Shown piece by piece: positions 49,876 through 63,898 of a DNA stretch of 64,000 nt (positions are counted from its first letter, which is position 1; each line of letters begins with the position of its first letter). This stretch comes from Zootoca vivipara (taxonomy: Eukaryota). A model generated the notes under the pieces. It worked only from the letters and a program-made list of their open reading frames with translations, searched no databases and had not been told where the DNA came from. Position numbers and translations under genes: made by a program. Location: NCBI RefSeq assembly GCF_963506605.1, contig NC_083286.1, forward strand, positions 27,218,001-27,282,000, read 5' to 3'.

Positions 49876-52512
49876 TGGAGAGGACAACGGTTGCTAGGGA
49901 GATTTAACATATTTGAGTAGCAAAAATCTGCATGCAAATCTCTTGGATATTTAGACCAAATGAAACAACATATGCTGCTCGCACTTAAACTGCAAATGCA
50001 AGCCATGTTGGTATACCCAGACAAGTATCTGGAGTGTGTTGCATGAAGGTTAAACAATACGTAAAAGGCTTATGCAATACAGTAAAAGAAAACAGCGGTT
50101 TTTAATAGCTGCAAGCCCTTAGAAGAATAAGAAGGAAGTGTAGATGAATCTAGCATTAACCTGCACCACCATGATACTAACTTCGTTGGGAGGGGGTGTT
50201 AAAAAAAAAACCCCACTTGTAAATTGCTACACAAACCATTAACCCAAAGGAATTCAGGAACGTATCACACAATCATTAGTCACAAATGGCATCAGTATGG
50301 GGGGGGGGACCTAAAATTGCATGCATCTCTTTTGTGTTCAATAGTAACTGAGGGCATTACCAGACTCGCTGTTATGTGGGAAGAATTCAAATGCATTCCA
50401 GAACTTCAGGTTTCTACATTTAAGGTGGGTTAAAGGGTTATGTTGCTCTTGTGCAACAAATCCACTTTTTAAAAAACTCAAGACTTTTTGTGGTTTTGAA
50501 AGTGACAGAAAAACGCACCAAAAAGTGGAGGGTGAACAAATGATTCCATGTACTGTAAACATAACCACAAGCAAAATGGAAGAAATGCTCAATAAAGACT
50601 AGGTATAATCTAACCTTCACATAATAACCTTCACATTCTTAATGCTTAAGAAATGGATCACCTAGAGGGAGCCTGAACAGATGTGCTTGCCCTTGTTCAG
50701 CCCTAAACTGCACTTTGAAATGTTTTGAAATGTTGTGTTCTGACCAAGAAAAATCCAGTTAGAACACAAACTCACACACAAAATGAATACTTTAACCAGG
50801 GCAGGAATAGCTTACAAAGTACGCTGTGGATGCTGTTGGACTCCAATTCCCATAATCCCTGACTATGAACCATACCGGCTGGGGCTGATGGGATGTGGTG
50901 TTCAATAACATATGGAAGCCCAAAGGTTAGCCACTGCAGTTAGGGCACTGTAAATACTATACTTGTTAATCCAAGTACTGTATAGTAATACAAATGTGTA
51001 TAGTGTTTTCAGAGTGTTTTACATGCATCTAATTGTTATCCTTACAACACTGTACGGCAACAGCGATTATTCCTCATATTGCAGGCAACAGCGGAGAAAG
51101 TGGCTTCTCTAAGGCACCTAGTGAGTTCATGGCAGTGACAAGTTTGAAACGTGAGAATTCCTAATTCACAGCTAAGTCCTAGCCACTACAGTATATACTT
51201 TCCCACATGAAAAAGTATAGTCTTGGGGGTAGTGCAGATGTAAAAAGCAGCTTTTGCTTCTGTTTTCAGTTGACTGCTTTTTATTGCTTTGTCCAAACCC
51301 CAAACTCTGATTAATCTTAACAAAGGTTTAGGGAAACAAGCAAACTGTCCTGTGCCTCCAACCATGTCGGGGCTTAGTTCTTAGGCAGAGGCTGGGGTAG
51401 GCCCTGTCTGCTCCTGCAACCAGGTGAAAAAGCAGACTGAAGTCAAAGTGTAGTCCGTGTCAAAGCACAACAAAAGCAGTCCATCAATAAGCCTAGTTCT
51501 AAAGGCAGGATCTAAGAAGCCAGCAACAGAGGCCATCAGTCAAAAGGCAGGGCAGAATAGGCAAGGTGGTTCACAAGAGTTGCTGGATTTCAATATGTGC
51601 TGTTCCAGCAGCTTCCATAGTCTGGTCTCCCACACTTCACCCAAGACCCCTTAATATGAGTAGCTCTATAATTTTGGACTCTCAGACATGTACTTCTTTG
51701 GTAGGTAAATGCCCGAACCTGGACTTTTTGGGCTCTATGCTCTCTCTATGCTGGGAGATGGTTTGGTCTCCCCCTCTGAAAGGGGGATGAGTTGGGAACC
51801 CGCCTCAAGAGTCCTTCTAGAGCAACCTCTGGATACAGGCATGGTGAGATTTCTCCTGGATGTTAAGGGCTTCTTATCAGTGCTAGAGATGGTGGAGGGG
51901 TGGCAGTTTACATTTGCTCCCTGGGGTATCCTTTGCTCAGGGGTTTTGCTGGCAGAATACGGTACTTTTATTGGCAGGCCCCAGTGTGACATCACATTCA
52001 CAAAATGCAGCTTGAAGTTGGTTGGTTTCTCTGAACCATAGTTGAGACTAATCATGGTTTGCTGAGGTTTGAACATAATGCTAAACTGTGGTTAAAAACG
52101 GAAGGAAAAGATTTTGATATCCTCTTTGTGGCTGTGCCAGAGGAGAAGGGAGATGGGAAGTGCAGACAAGGCTCATGCTAACAACCATAATTTAACACTA
52201 TGTCCCAATAAGGCCATTATATCAACATCCATGTGAATCACAGGTCACTTAGCACGGATTCTTCTTAACCAGAGTTGAAATCAGGTTTTGAAGCTGCCTA
52301 GCAAATCCTGGTTAACAGGCAACTGGGCCTAGCTAGTATTTATAGCTTAGCAGAGTAGATTTGTGTTGGGAAATGGGAGGGACTGGAGGATAGCATCCGA
52401 CCCCATGTTCCCATTTCAGTATCTGTTGCAGTAAGAGGTAACTGCTTATTGCACCCGCACTGCCTCTTTACATCCAGGAGCAGATTGTCCATTCTCACTT
52501 TCTGCAGACATT

Positions 52513-52904
52513 TCACAGATTTGTCTTCTCTTTAATCCATCTATCAATTGCATCCTCGTACTTCTTTGGGTCCTTCTTCCAGTTCTGGTGCCACCTGAGG
52601 TTAGCTAAGGTATCAGAATAGTTTTGTCCTAAACTTTGTTTCCAGTTGATAAACTCCTGCTTGTTGTACTGTTCAACAGAGGCAGAGACTTTGGGATAAT
52701 CAACGATGGAGTAGAGTTTTTTGTTCAAATACTGTGTGATCTCTGGAAACTTGGTTGCTACGTTTGTTAGTTCATCTGGATCGGCAGAGAGATCTGCAAC
52801 AAAGAACGATTAAGACAAATTAATGAGCCCGAACTTGAAAAAAGCAGCAGCGCAGCACTGGAGCATTTGTTTGGCATGCAGAAGGTCCCAATTCCAATCC
52901 CCAG

Positions 52905-52942
<38 letters not shown>

Positions 52943-54880
52943 TTGCTTTTATATCTCAGCTTTCCTCTAAGGAGCTCAAGATTGTGTACATGGCTCTCCC
53001 ATCTCCATATTATCCTCACAACAAAGCTGTGAAGTAGGTGAGATGGTGTCTGGCCCAAGGTCACCCAACAAGATTCCTATCTGAGAAGGGATTTGAACCC
53101 TGGTCTCCCACATCTTAGTCCAACAACCTAACGGCTACACCATCCTAGTGTAGCTTGGGCTAGGAAAGCCCCCTGCCAGCCAGTATGGAGCAGGAGAAGG
53201 GAAACTCTTTCATCTCAAGGACCATACTGTGTTAAGATACTGGAGGTGGCACACAGCTTCATCTTCCTTGGAATCCCCTTTTAAAGCCACCTGAGTTGGC
53301 AGCCATCCCTACACCTAACAGTAACAAATTCCATTAACTATGTGCTGCGTGGAAAAATACTCCTTTCCCTCCCCTCAAAACTCTCACCATTCAGCTTCAT
53401 TGGATGGTCTCAAGTTCTAGTTTTATGAGAGGAAGAAAAACGTCCTCCACTTTCTCAACACCATGCATGCTTTTATATACCTCTCTCATGTGCCACTTTA
53501 CTCACCTTTAACAAACAAACAAACAAACAAACAAACAAACAAACAAAACCCTCAAATGTTGTTACTCCTCATAGGGGAGTTGCTCCCTTGATTATTTTGG
53601 TACAGGCCTAGACTACAGCATGCCACCTTTTCGGACCTTAACCTCTTTGGGTGCCCAGTCATCTGACCACATTGTCCAATCTGAGAGGATGGAACCATAG
53701 TTCAGTGGTCAAATTCAAACCCAGGTTTATGGGTTCAAGCCAGGCTTCCTCAAACTCGGCCCATAGATGTTTTTGGTCGACAACTCCCATGATCCCTAGA
53801 TAGCAGGGATGATGGGAATGGTAGTCTCAAAACATCTGGAGGGCCGAGTTGGAGGAAGCCTGGTTTAAGCAGACTGGGCTATGCACAGTTGAGACATTGA
53901 AGAGACAACTGTCCTACCTGTCTCAGGCTTTGGCCAGTGATTCTAGTGTTCTCAGACTGTACTTTTGCTGTTTCCAACAGTGCAGTGCATTGACTGCAGA
54001 ACTGTGTTTTGATTTAACGGTCCTATTTTGTTTGTGCAAACTTGCATTGTTGCAAAGGAGAGTGCTGATCTTTATGAAGAATGGGATGCTAATTACTATC
54101 ACTACTACTTTACTACACTGCTTCTCTGCTCTTCTCTTCCGGTGAACCACGCAAGACATGATGCAGCAACAATCGTAGGTCTGGTAGTTTGTGTTGCTTC
54201 AAGACAGGAGCTACATAGTTGTGCTAATGCAACACTGATTTGCACCTCCCTATCATACTCGTGCGGAGCAGAACAGAGGATCAGACTGCACATTAATCAA
54301 GTAGCAAACGTACCAAACAGCTGAGGAGATACTGAACGGCCATCTGAGTATGCTATGTATTTCCACCTGTCAGTTCTCAGCATGTAGGTCGAAGAATTCA
54401 CATTGCAGCCATGGAATTCACTCAGAATCCAAGTAGGATGTTGCTGTCTAGTTGGGACTTTATCTTCTGCCTCTTTCAATACCAGGGGCATCAGTGAATA
54501 TCCACTGAGATTTTTTGGTATAGGTATCCCAGCAACATCTGAAATAGAAATTGTGACTTAAGTCAATTTGTTTTCAAAATTTTGTATTTACATTATTTAA
54601 AAAGAATTAAACATAATTAAAAGGAAAAGGCAGAAATATATAAAACCAACAAGGAAATAAATTATATACTATGTCAACCATTGCAACTTGTCCTTTGCCC
54701 CTTATAGTGATAATTCTGAACCTCTTATCTTTGCATTTATATTAAGTCCAAGATCCCTCTTACATTTTCTTACTGCAAAATTAATAACTAGCTACTTAGG
54801 GAAATTATTTCCACAAAACTTCAGTTCTGTTCTAACCATTGGCAGTTTATTTGTTATTTTTAAGCAACTCATATGTGGTG

Positions 54881-54957
<77 letters not shown>

Positions 54958-57900
54958 TCATTGAAATTAAACCTAAGATCTTTCTGAACTAATGGTGGCA
55001 TCTAATTGCAGTGTCCTGTTTGCACAAGTAAGACTTACCCTTCCTTCTCCCTGAAGGCCCCCCCATCTGCCTAATTTAAATAACCCTTAAGATGGAAGTA
55101 CAACATCATAGGTTGCATCCAATGCTGAATTTTTTTGGGGGGTGGGGGTGGGGATTCCGTGGTGTACTACAAAGAGAAATACAGGATGGCAAAATCTGCT
55201 GCAGGAATAAAAGTCTGTTTGTGCCATGTTGGATACAACAGCACACTTTTAAGGGAGATTGTTAAGCTGTGACACACACATGTACAGAAACAAACTTTAA
55301 AATCAAATGGCAAAGCACAGAGACAGAGACTATATTCCTATCTACTGTATATTCCTGTCTACAGATAAGGTCAGAGCTTACTTCATCAGTCGGAGTGTCT
55401 GAGAAAATAACATTAATCATTTGTTTGTTACTCACCTAAATAAATTAATCATTTTGTATTTTTTAATATTCTGAATACAGGAAGGAAGAACCAGGAGAGA
55501 ACATATGGAGAATGAGAGCACAGGAAGAACGGTGATTTAAAAATACAACCTTCAAAAAGAGAGAAGGGGGAAATTAAGACAGTTGGAACAAGAAGGTAGG
55601 GGCTGAGATTTGATTAAGAGAATGTGTGACTCATTGATTAGTAATGTTAAACTAAAGTCTCTAGTTAGAATATAGGGTTTGAACTGAAAGTACTAACTAT
55701 TTTCCAACAGTGTAAAATTCCCCAACTTCTTGGCGACCTTTCAGTGATTCCTTCGTAAGAGTTTACCTATTCAGAAGGTTTTGCCCTCACTCTGAATTTA
55801 CTCAATTTCCCCTCCATAATACTGTCATGTCAAATACAGTTAACTATGAAGCATGGCCATCTTATCATGTTCACAGTGTGAATCCCAATTGGTTAGGATC
55901 GCCCATGTGACCGGCCCAGGAAGCATCATCCTCACACTCATTAATTTTATGCTGCTGCACTTCCATAAAACTTAAGGTGGCACACATGGGGTTACTATCC
56001 AAGCATTAACCAGACCTGTTTTGCATCAGAAAGGTTGTACCATGTGCCTTCAGACAATGCCAGGGTAAGTGAATTAGTTTTGTTTCTCTCAGTAAAATCA
56101 AATTGGCTTTGCAATATTACAAGATCATCCTATTTACTAAATGACCCCTAGACAACTGAATACATTTTTGTTCCGACAAACTTTCCCAGTTGGATAAATT
56201 GTTCCTTACTGTGGGTGTCTACTTTGCTAGGGTTTCAGTACTGTTTTTAATGTATTTGCTGTTTTGGTGTTTTAAAGTGTTGTCAATACTCTTATGTGCA
56301 AATGGTTGTTCAGAAGGCAATGAATAAATCAAAGCTGATGATGATGATGATGATGATAATAATAGGTGGGATAACTCATGTCACTGATCCAGGTAGCAAT
56401 GATCCCAGTTTCACATTGATTTTTTGTCCTCAGCGATGTCACATAGCTAAATCTACCAAGTTTCTTAGTGTCTTGACAACATTCAGGTCACTATGTGGCC
56501 TATGATTAGTCTAGGATTGCCTGCGTGATTAGTCTAGGAAGAAGAAGCAGGACTCAGAAATTTGGTGGGAAGGAAATCAAGCTGCAGCAGACAGAACAAC
56601 CAACAGCAACAAACATGACTGGAAAAAGGCAAATATTCCCACAATTAAAAGGGTTTCTTTTCTCCAGGAAATATTTCTTATCCTTCCCGCAAATGGGACA
56701 CTTTTGACACAGAAATGGAAATAAGGCAGAATACATTATTTTCCACGTTCCAGGTGTTTATAATTTCAGAAGGATTTTGAGAGCCTCATTATTTCATTCA
56801 GGTTTTGGTGTTGTTGTTTTTTTAAAAAAAACATTTTTCCCATTACTGTATTAAAACATTCAGTAATATCTCATTTTGGAAATGACTGGGGATCTGCTGA
56901 AACCTTCACGCCCACCTGCCTAAGTATATAACCCGTTACATGTCCTTTGACCACACTATTATTATTATTTTAAAGTGCGGTTTTTATATGTGTGCAGAGC
57001 AGTGCAAGTATCACATGAAACAGAGTAGCCTCGGTGCGCAAGTGGACAAAAACACATTATTCATATACACTAACGTTAAATCAAAGGAGGTGAAACTGAC
57101 TGGGGCATCTCCAAATTTTGGCTTTATTGATCAGTGTCAGATCCTTTAAATGTCCTTTCTTTGCAAGCTGAGCAGTAAATCACAACATGGTGTAGGCATG
57201 TTGGGGAAGTTATCTGACAGTAGTGACACCATGGTTGCTAGTCAGCAATGCTTTAAAACCAGGGGTGGCTAACCTGTGAGACATTTGTGGACTCCAACTC
57301 CCACCAGCCTCAACCAGCATGACCAAAGGTAAGGGATGATGGGAGCTGCAGTCCAGCAACTTCTAGACCAGGCACCCCCCAACTGCGGCCCTCCAGTTTT
57401 GGCCTACAACTCCCATGATCCCAATCTAACAGGACCAGTGGTCGGGGAAGATGGGAATTGTAGTCCAAAACATCTGGAGGGCCGAAGTTTGGGGATGCCT
57501 GTTCTAGACAGTCCCAAGTGAGCCGGCCGTGCTTTTAAGCGATCTTCTGCAATCATATTTTAACAAAGGGGATGGTTTTAAATATTTTTTTATCCCTGCC
57601 GGTCATGTGAAGTGAGCTTGCTATTCCAACAGAAATATTGCTTACCGAGCATGGTAGGGTAGATATCCACAAGGGACACCACATTGGGGATGAACTGCAG
57701 CTTAGTATTCGGTCCCATTATAAGGAGAGGAACATGGGAGCTTGCTTCGTACATGCTCATTTTGTAAAACTGCCTGTGTTCCATGGCAAGTTCTCCGTGG
57801 TCTGCAGTGAATACGACAAGAGTCCTTCTGAGTAGTCCTGTGTCATTTAGAGCAGAAATTATCTCGCCTGCAACAAAATATAAGGCAGGGTTAATACGCA

Positions 57901-60900
57901 AACATCAAAATATGCATAAAAATAGTTTTTAGATGTCACAAGGAGGTAGCTCTTCTGCCAGTGTAATGAAAGCACTAGATCACATTGCCTGTGTTCTCAT
58001 TTATACAGAAGGCATTGCTGTTTCAAGGATTCCAAAGAAAAGTCCTCTGGGAGGATGGAGAGAAGCTGATTATGAGAGATCATGAGGGGCAGTTTATTTT
58101 CTCCTTGAGAACTCTGAATAAGTTTCTTCCACAGCTAAATATCAGCATGCACAACTATGGCTTCCATACTTCCAGAAATCTCCATCCGAAATGCTGCATT
58201 TTGCTAATCTGTCGCTAAACACCCACAGTTATCCACTTTTAGAAGCTCACATTTATGTCTGCCATACAGATCTCAAAGTATGCTTTAATAGTCTGAAACT
58301 TGCAATGGTTTTTAAAACCACACTGAACGTTCAGTGATGAGTCTGAATCCCATTTAAGGTGGTGCACAAGCTCAGATGCAAGATTTAGGTCACAATCCTA
58401 ATCCTATACATACATACATGGGCGTAGTTGGGGGGCAGGGAGGGGCAGCTACCCCCCTAAATAAATAAAAATCAATAAAATACATAGCAAACTGAGTTTC
58501 TGCCCACCTAACAAAAGGTCTGCCACCACAACAAAAAATCCTGGCTATGCCCAGCATACTTATTTGGGTGTAAGCTCCACTGAACACAATGGGACTTGCT
58601 TCTGAGTAAGTGTACCTAGGATTTGAGTTGTCAATCTGGGTTCGTTGTAGTTCTCTTGACTTCACCTAAAGTGTTTATTATCATGTATGAAACTGTCAAA
58701 TTTCTCCTGAATTTCTACATACAATAAGGGTTTTCAAAGGATTGTAATAACTGATCAGTAACCCCAAAACATGCAGATTTTCCATACTGCCCATATACCA
58801 TCAAAGAGACAGCAAGGCACCAAAATTCTACCCAAAGAAAACACTTGACCTAAGCTCCTTCTCGCTTCTGTTCTCCATCTCTCTCATTACACTTAGGCTT
58901 TTAAGGAATTAAAGCTGGAATTCTCAGAATGCCAAATTCTGCAGCAGATGGGAACAGCATTCCAGATGTGAAGCCAACATATAAAAAGAAGATTTGTAAT
59001 AACTGAGAGAGGATTCCTCACCCCACCTCTCTTCAGTTTCAGTAGATGTTCCTTGACAATCTTTCTGCTCTTCTGGCAATAACAATATAAAAATGCTACA
59101 GTGTCAGTATCCCTTCATTTCCAACCTTTTCCCCCAAGGCAGCCATCTCAGAATATATTATTTCCATAAAGTACATGTCTTACATGTATTAAGGTACAGA
59201 GAACAAATATTTGTGGTTGTTGTTGTTGTTGTACAGAGAACAAATATACAAGATTAATTACATTCCCTCCCCAATGATACTCCTATCAGAATTGTACTGC
59301 AGGCATGACAATACTCAACACTCCCTTTGCAGCACTTTCTGCCACAGATGTTTGGCACAGACATCTAAAACCAGGTTAATGTCATTTTTGTGGTGGTGGC
59401 CGAGACCAGGTCTCAGGAAGATGTACATGGGGCAGAACCACATGAATTATGCCTTGTGTGACACATGCAAAGGCCCACCTGATCATTTCCTCATAGGAGT
59501 TGCAGAGCCATGCAGCTCAGACATATCGGATGATATCCAGCCTGAATCAAGTCCATTTATTTCAATGGGTCTACTAAGTTTTACTTACAGTGGTACCTCA
59601 GTTTATGAACACAATGGGTTCCGGAAGTCTGTTCATAAACTGAAGCGTTCATAAACTGAAGTGAACTTTCCCATTGAAAGTAATGGAAAGTGGATTAATC
59701 TGTTCCAGACGGTCCACGGAGTACTTAAACTGAAGAGTTCATAAACTGAAGCGAACTTTCCCATTGAAAGTAATGGAAAGTGGATTAATCCGTTCCAGAC
59801 GGGTCTGCAGAGTACTCAACCTGAAGCGTACTTAACCTGAAGAATGGGTGTAATTGGTTCTGGAAGTCTGTTCATAAACTGAAGCGTTCATAAACTGAAG
59901 CGAACTTTCCCATTGAAAGTAATAGAAAGTGAATTAATCCGTTCCAGATGGGTCCGTGGCGTTCATAAACCGAAAATTCATAAACCGAGGTGTTCATAAA
60001 CTGAGGTTCCACTGTAGTTGAATAACATCACAGTACAGAGCTACATTTGTAAACATAATTGCTTAGCTTACATAATACATTATTTGCATTAAGATTGCCA
60101 GGGCTGGCTCTAGGTAGAGTCCTGGTGGTGTCGGGTGCTGCGCGGCAAGGCCGCACGGAAGCCATGCTACACGCTGCGAGGGCAGGGGCGCCGGAGCGAT
60201 CTCCGCCCCTCAGTGCCAGGGCGCCCGACCTGCTCGATACTGCCCTGAAGATTGCTGTGTACACTCCTGAGATTGTGTCCCGGCCAGGGACGGCCTCTTG
60301 CATTTTGCCACCTGAGGCAAAACAAGGAAGTGGCTACCCTTCTGCACAGCTGTGCCTTCCTCTGGTGAGATCTTGCAAGAGTTCTGTGAGATCTTGCTGG
60401 AAGAAGATGCAGCTGCCACTGTAGCTGCGCAACCCTAGCAGTAGTGGCAGGGGTGGGAGCACCGCCCTGCAGGATTCTGCTGCCTGAGGCAGCTGCTTCA
60501 GCCTACCTCATGGGTGGGCTGGGCCTAGTCCTGGCCTCTGCAATTGAAATGACATTACCATAGTCCTTAATACATTAACTGAGACATATTGTTTTCTTCA
60601 TGAATCAGATTCTAACCTTGTAGACTGAGTATGATAGAAGTTTTATTAAATAATAGATTAAAGAAACCCCAACAGAAAACACCTAGTTGTTACTGTCACA
60701 GGGTCCGGAGTGGCTACTCTAGAGTAACGACGCCTCACAGGTCTGCATTTTATCCTTTTATTGGTGCAATCTATTTACAGTGCTGAATCAGTGCTATATA
60801 CAGGTTGTCGGTACATGTTCTCAGTCCGGCACAGAACCTCCGAATGGCGGTTCCCGCGTTTTCCTCCAGCAAAGTAATCTTGGCATACTGAATCTCCTCC

Positions 60901-61499
60901 CTCTGCGCTTTTTACGCAATTCCGGGGTGGCTGGGATCGGTCTTTTTCCCACGGTCCCTTTGCTTCCCCTTTCCGTTCCCAGGCGGTGCCTGGGCTCAGC
61001 TATCCTACTTGAGCTCATGCTTCCACTTCCTGAATCCCCGCTGGAACTATCCCCCTCCCCTCTCCCACTTCCGCTGGGTGAGGAGCTCGTGTTCAAGATG
61101 GGAGGGGGCTGTCTGTAGGTCTTGTCCCTCACAGTTACTTTCTGGAAAAAATCTTTTTACACGAAGCTTAGCTATGAAAAATATATAGGCTGCAGTTCTA
61201 AGACTTTGAAGAATGCATAATTAGGGCTGTAGCCTCTACATGGGTAGAATCAGGGAAGAAAACTATCTTTGCAGTAATAGTATTGAGAAATACATGGTAT
61301 TAGTAAGATAATCGGGATATCACTTACCAAGCATTGCATCCGTTTCTGCACACATGGCATAATAATGTGCCCGGATATCTCTGATTTCTTTCTCCGTAAA
61401 TTTCTCTGTGCAGTTCTTTGTATAAGAGGAATAGTAATCTACTGAGTGCATCTCTGAAAATGGAAGCCATTTTGGAATCTTGATGGCTTCGTATCTCAC
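52513..61499 (-). CDS. ARSK: Arylsulfatase K, last four coding exons: 61328-61499, 57646-57867, 54314-54538, 52513-52793. Earlier exons lie beyond the window.
   Basis: In-frame exons: AIKIPKW...DYYSSYTKNCT...YYAMCAETDAML / GEII...FTADHGELAMEHRQFYKMSMYEASSHVPLLIMGP...SLVDIYPTML / ...WILSEFHGCNVNSSTYMLR..WKYIAYSDG..PQLF / DLSADPDELTN...LRWHQNW. The sulfatase DHG metal-binding motif is present. Confidence 0.95.
52906..53140 (-). mobile_element. CORE/MIR-like SINE with (ATT)n tail; similar copies at ~15600-15710 and ~22560-22730
   Basis: cctcacaacaaagctgtgaagtagg...cccaaggtcaccca...ggatttgaaccc B-box pattern. Confidence 0.65.
53510..53547. repeat. (AAAC)n microsatellite
   Basis: Direct reading. 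Confidence 0.9.
53741..53862. mobile_element. hAT-type MITE
   Basis: TIR caggcttcctcaaactcggccc / gggccgagttggaggaagcctg; 8-bp TSD gttcaagc/gtttaagc. Confidence 0.8.
54883..54950. repeat. (AG)n microsatellite
   Basis: Direct reading. Confidence 0.95.
57369..57501. mobile_element. hAT-type MITE nested in an older hAT MITE (~57260-57530)
   Basis: TIR caggcaccccc.aact.cggccctccag / ctggagggccgaagtttggggatgcctg; perfect 8-bp TSD ttctagac. Confidence 0.85.
59588..60014. mobile_element. Tigger/pogo-like MITE with internal tandem duplications
   Basis: TIRs cagtggtacctcagtttatgaacac / gtgttcataaactgaggttccactg; three copies of aactttcccattgaaagtaat(g/a)gaaagtg(g/a)attaatc. Confidence 0.85.
60694..61133 (-). 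mobile_element. Solo LTR (440 bp) in an ARSK intron
   Basis: TGT...ACA termini; 5-bp TSD gttac (60689-60693 and 61134-61138); on the minus strand a TATA-like box (~60796-60801) precedes AATAAA (~60757-60762); retains CpGs. Confidence 0.85.
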
Positions 61500-62968
61500 C
61501 TAGTAACAAAGTAAAAATGTTTTATTTTGTCAAAAGGTAACTATTATCACCGTCCAATTTGCCAGCAGCCCAAGGTAGACATACTGACTGAACATGAGGA
61601 CTCCATGTTTTATAAATGAGGGGAGAAGAAGAGGTGAAGGCCCCATTGCACAAGCAGAAGTCATCGAACAGGGCTTGTACTGATGTGACTTATTAGGTGA
61701 ATCCCGCCCAATGCATTATTTACAGAGGAGGACCAAAGTGCATAGTGCTTTACAGAAAACAAGAGCACAGGATCCTGCCCTGAGGGACATGCAATCTGTA
61801 ATATGACCCAGAGGAAGAGGAGAGAAATGGAGACAGGGATAAACAGGTATGTTCAGTTGCACATACTTAGGCATATTTAGAGAATGCCATGAGGACTATG
61901 GACTTATGCCAAAAAGCTTTGCTGAGAAAGTGTGCTTAGAGGAAGGTGTCCAGGGATGCATTCAATGAAGGGTAACAAAGTACAATGATTGAAATCAATG
62001 GGCCTAACTTAGTTATGTTCACTAACTACAATGGATATAGTCAGGGTAAAACTTAGTCGAATACCACCTCCAATATGCTTCTCAATAGGTTAGAACATTA
62101 GTGTAAGGGGAGAGCCCCTGACCCACTGCTGTTCTTATCAGAGATCTGTGCAGCAAAATGCAGCATGTGTTTAGAAGCAATACTCCAGGCATTACCACTA
62201 CACTTGCTGCCTTTTTCCTGCCTGTGCAATTCATTCGGAATGCATAGGTAGAGAGTTGGATCTTCTACAGCCCGCTTCCATAAGGTTCAGTTAGATTTTA
62301 TGGGATTATCACAGCCTTCCACCACAATGACTTCTTCTTTTGCAGCCAGCAGCCTTTTCCGGTTACGATATATCCCCTCACTAACTATATGAATGCTTAT
62401 ACAAATTGTCTACAAGAAAGACTTTTCCTTAAAAAATTGAATGTGTGATCTTCTCTTGCTCACCGCAGCGCCTGTGTCTAGGAACAAAGCCACACGTCTT
62501 AAAGATGGCTCCAGCTGATACCTTACAGACCATCTGCTTAATAACACAGCGTACCGTGAGAGCATCATGTTGATGCACTGCTTTGAATTGATTCAGCAAA
62601 TGAGAGAGCTTGATTCAGTGCTAAGCTCCATTCCAACCTAGACAGGCCATTGCTGCAACCCCAAGAACCACACAATTAATTCTATGTGCCCGGCAGGAAT
62701 TCCAGTGATACATACACATAAACACGATGGCAATACAATAGCAAAATAGCAAAAAGCAAAAGTCAAAGTGTGACATACTACATAGAAACCCATGGCTTAC
62801 AGAAAATAACTCCTTTGTTTAGCAATCAAATCATTGCTAAAGTACCGTATGTTAGCTTGGTAGCAATCCTCTGGAAGTGAATACCCAATGATTTTTTTTG
62901 TAGAACGTGTATTTGAGCTCATGTTCATATTTAGGCTTCAATGTTAGCTGAAGCTGCTGATTCAACTA

Positions 62969-63209
62969 CAGTGGTATCTTGGTTGTCAAACATAATCTGT
63001 TCCGGAAGACCGTTCGACTTCCGAAACATTCAACAACCGAGGTGCAATGGGCAGTCGGCAAATTCCATTGAGAAAATTGAGAAACGCATCGCAGAAGCTG
63101 TTTGACTTCTGAGGCGCGTTTGAAAATGGAAGAATTTACTTTCAGGTTTTCGGCATTCAAAAACCAAAACGTTCGGCTTCCGAAATGCTTGAAAAGCGAG
63201 GTACCACTG
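62969..63209. mobile_element. Tigger/pogo-like MITE
   Basis: Ends cagtggtatcttg ... cgaggtaccactg. Confidence 0.75.
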
Positions 63210-63658
63210 CACTGCTACTGGGCAAATGTGTTCAAGTTAATTGTCAGCAATGGAGACAATGTCACAGCTAGAGAAATGAACAGTGCGTATTGGTTGCTGT
63301 GAGGCAACAGCACAGGAGGTCTACCCTATTGTACTGCTTCGAAACATGTGATTGGCTACTGTGAGAATCAGGATGCTGTAACTACATGCATGTTTGGTTT
63401 GATACAGCAGGGTTCTTGACTTCTTAGATGTTCACAGCTGTCCCCTCAGAAAACTCAGGAGCGAACAAAAGACTATTCTGTCTGGCTCCAGTTTTTCCAT
63501 GGAAAACAATATAGACAAACATTCAGCCAAAGCAATCCCGTGAATTAGTGCCCTAGATACTACAGCCACCTAGGTTTTGTATGAAAATGTAGTAAATAGA
63601 TGCTTCAAGGAAATTCAGAATCCATACATACAACAGAAGATAAAACATAATTGCAATA

Positions 63659-63898
63659 CAGTGGTACCTCTACTTAAAAATAACTCTACTTACGAATGTT
63701 TCTACTTACGAACGGAGCTCCAGCCGCCATCTTGGATGCAGTTTAGATAGGATTTTTTCTACTTACGAATTTTTAGATAGGGTTGCTTCGACTTACGAAT
63801 TTTTTCTCCCAATGCATTCCTATGGGATTCGACTTACAAATTTTTTCGACTTACGAATGTGCATTTGGAACACATTCAATTCATAAGTAGAGGTACTG
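63659..63898. mobile_element. Tigger/pogo-like MITE with internal acttacgaa repeats
   Basis: Ends cagtggtacctctactta ... taagtagaggtactg; TA flanks. Confidence 0.75.

Noticed and set aside
51365-51995. Possible second solo LTR
   Set aside because: TG...CA-like ends are present, but no convincing TSD was found.
59588-60014. CRISPR-like repeat array
   Set aside because: The repeats lie within a TIR-bounded MITE in vertebrate DNA; there are no unique spacers and no cas genes.
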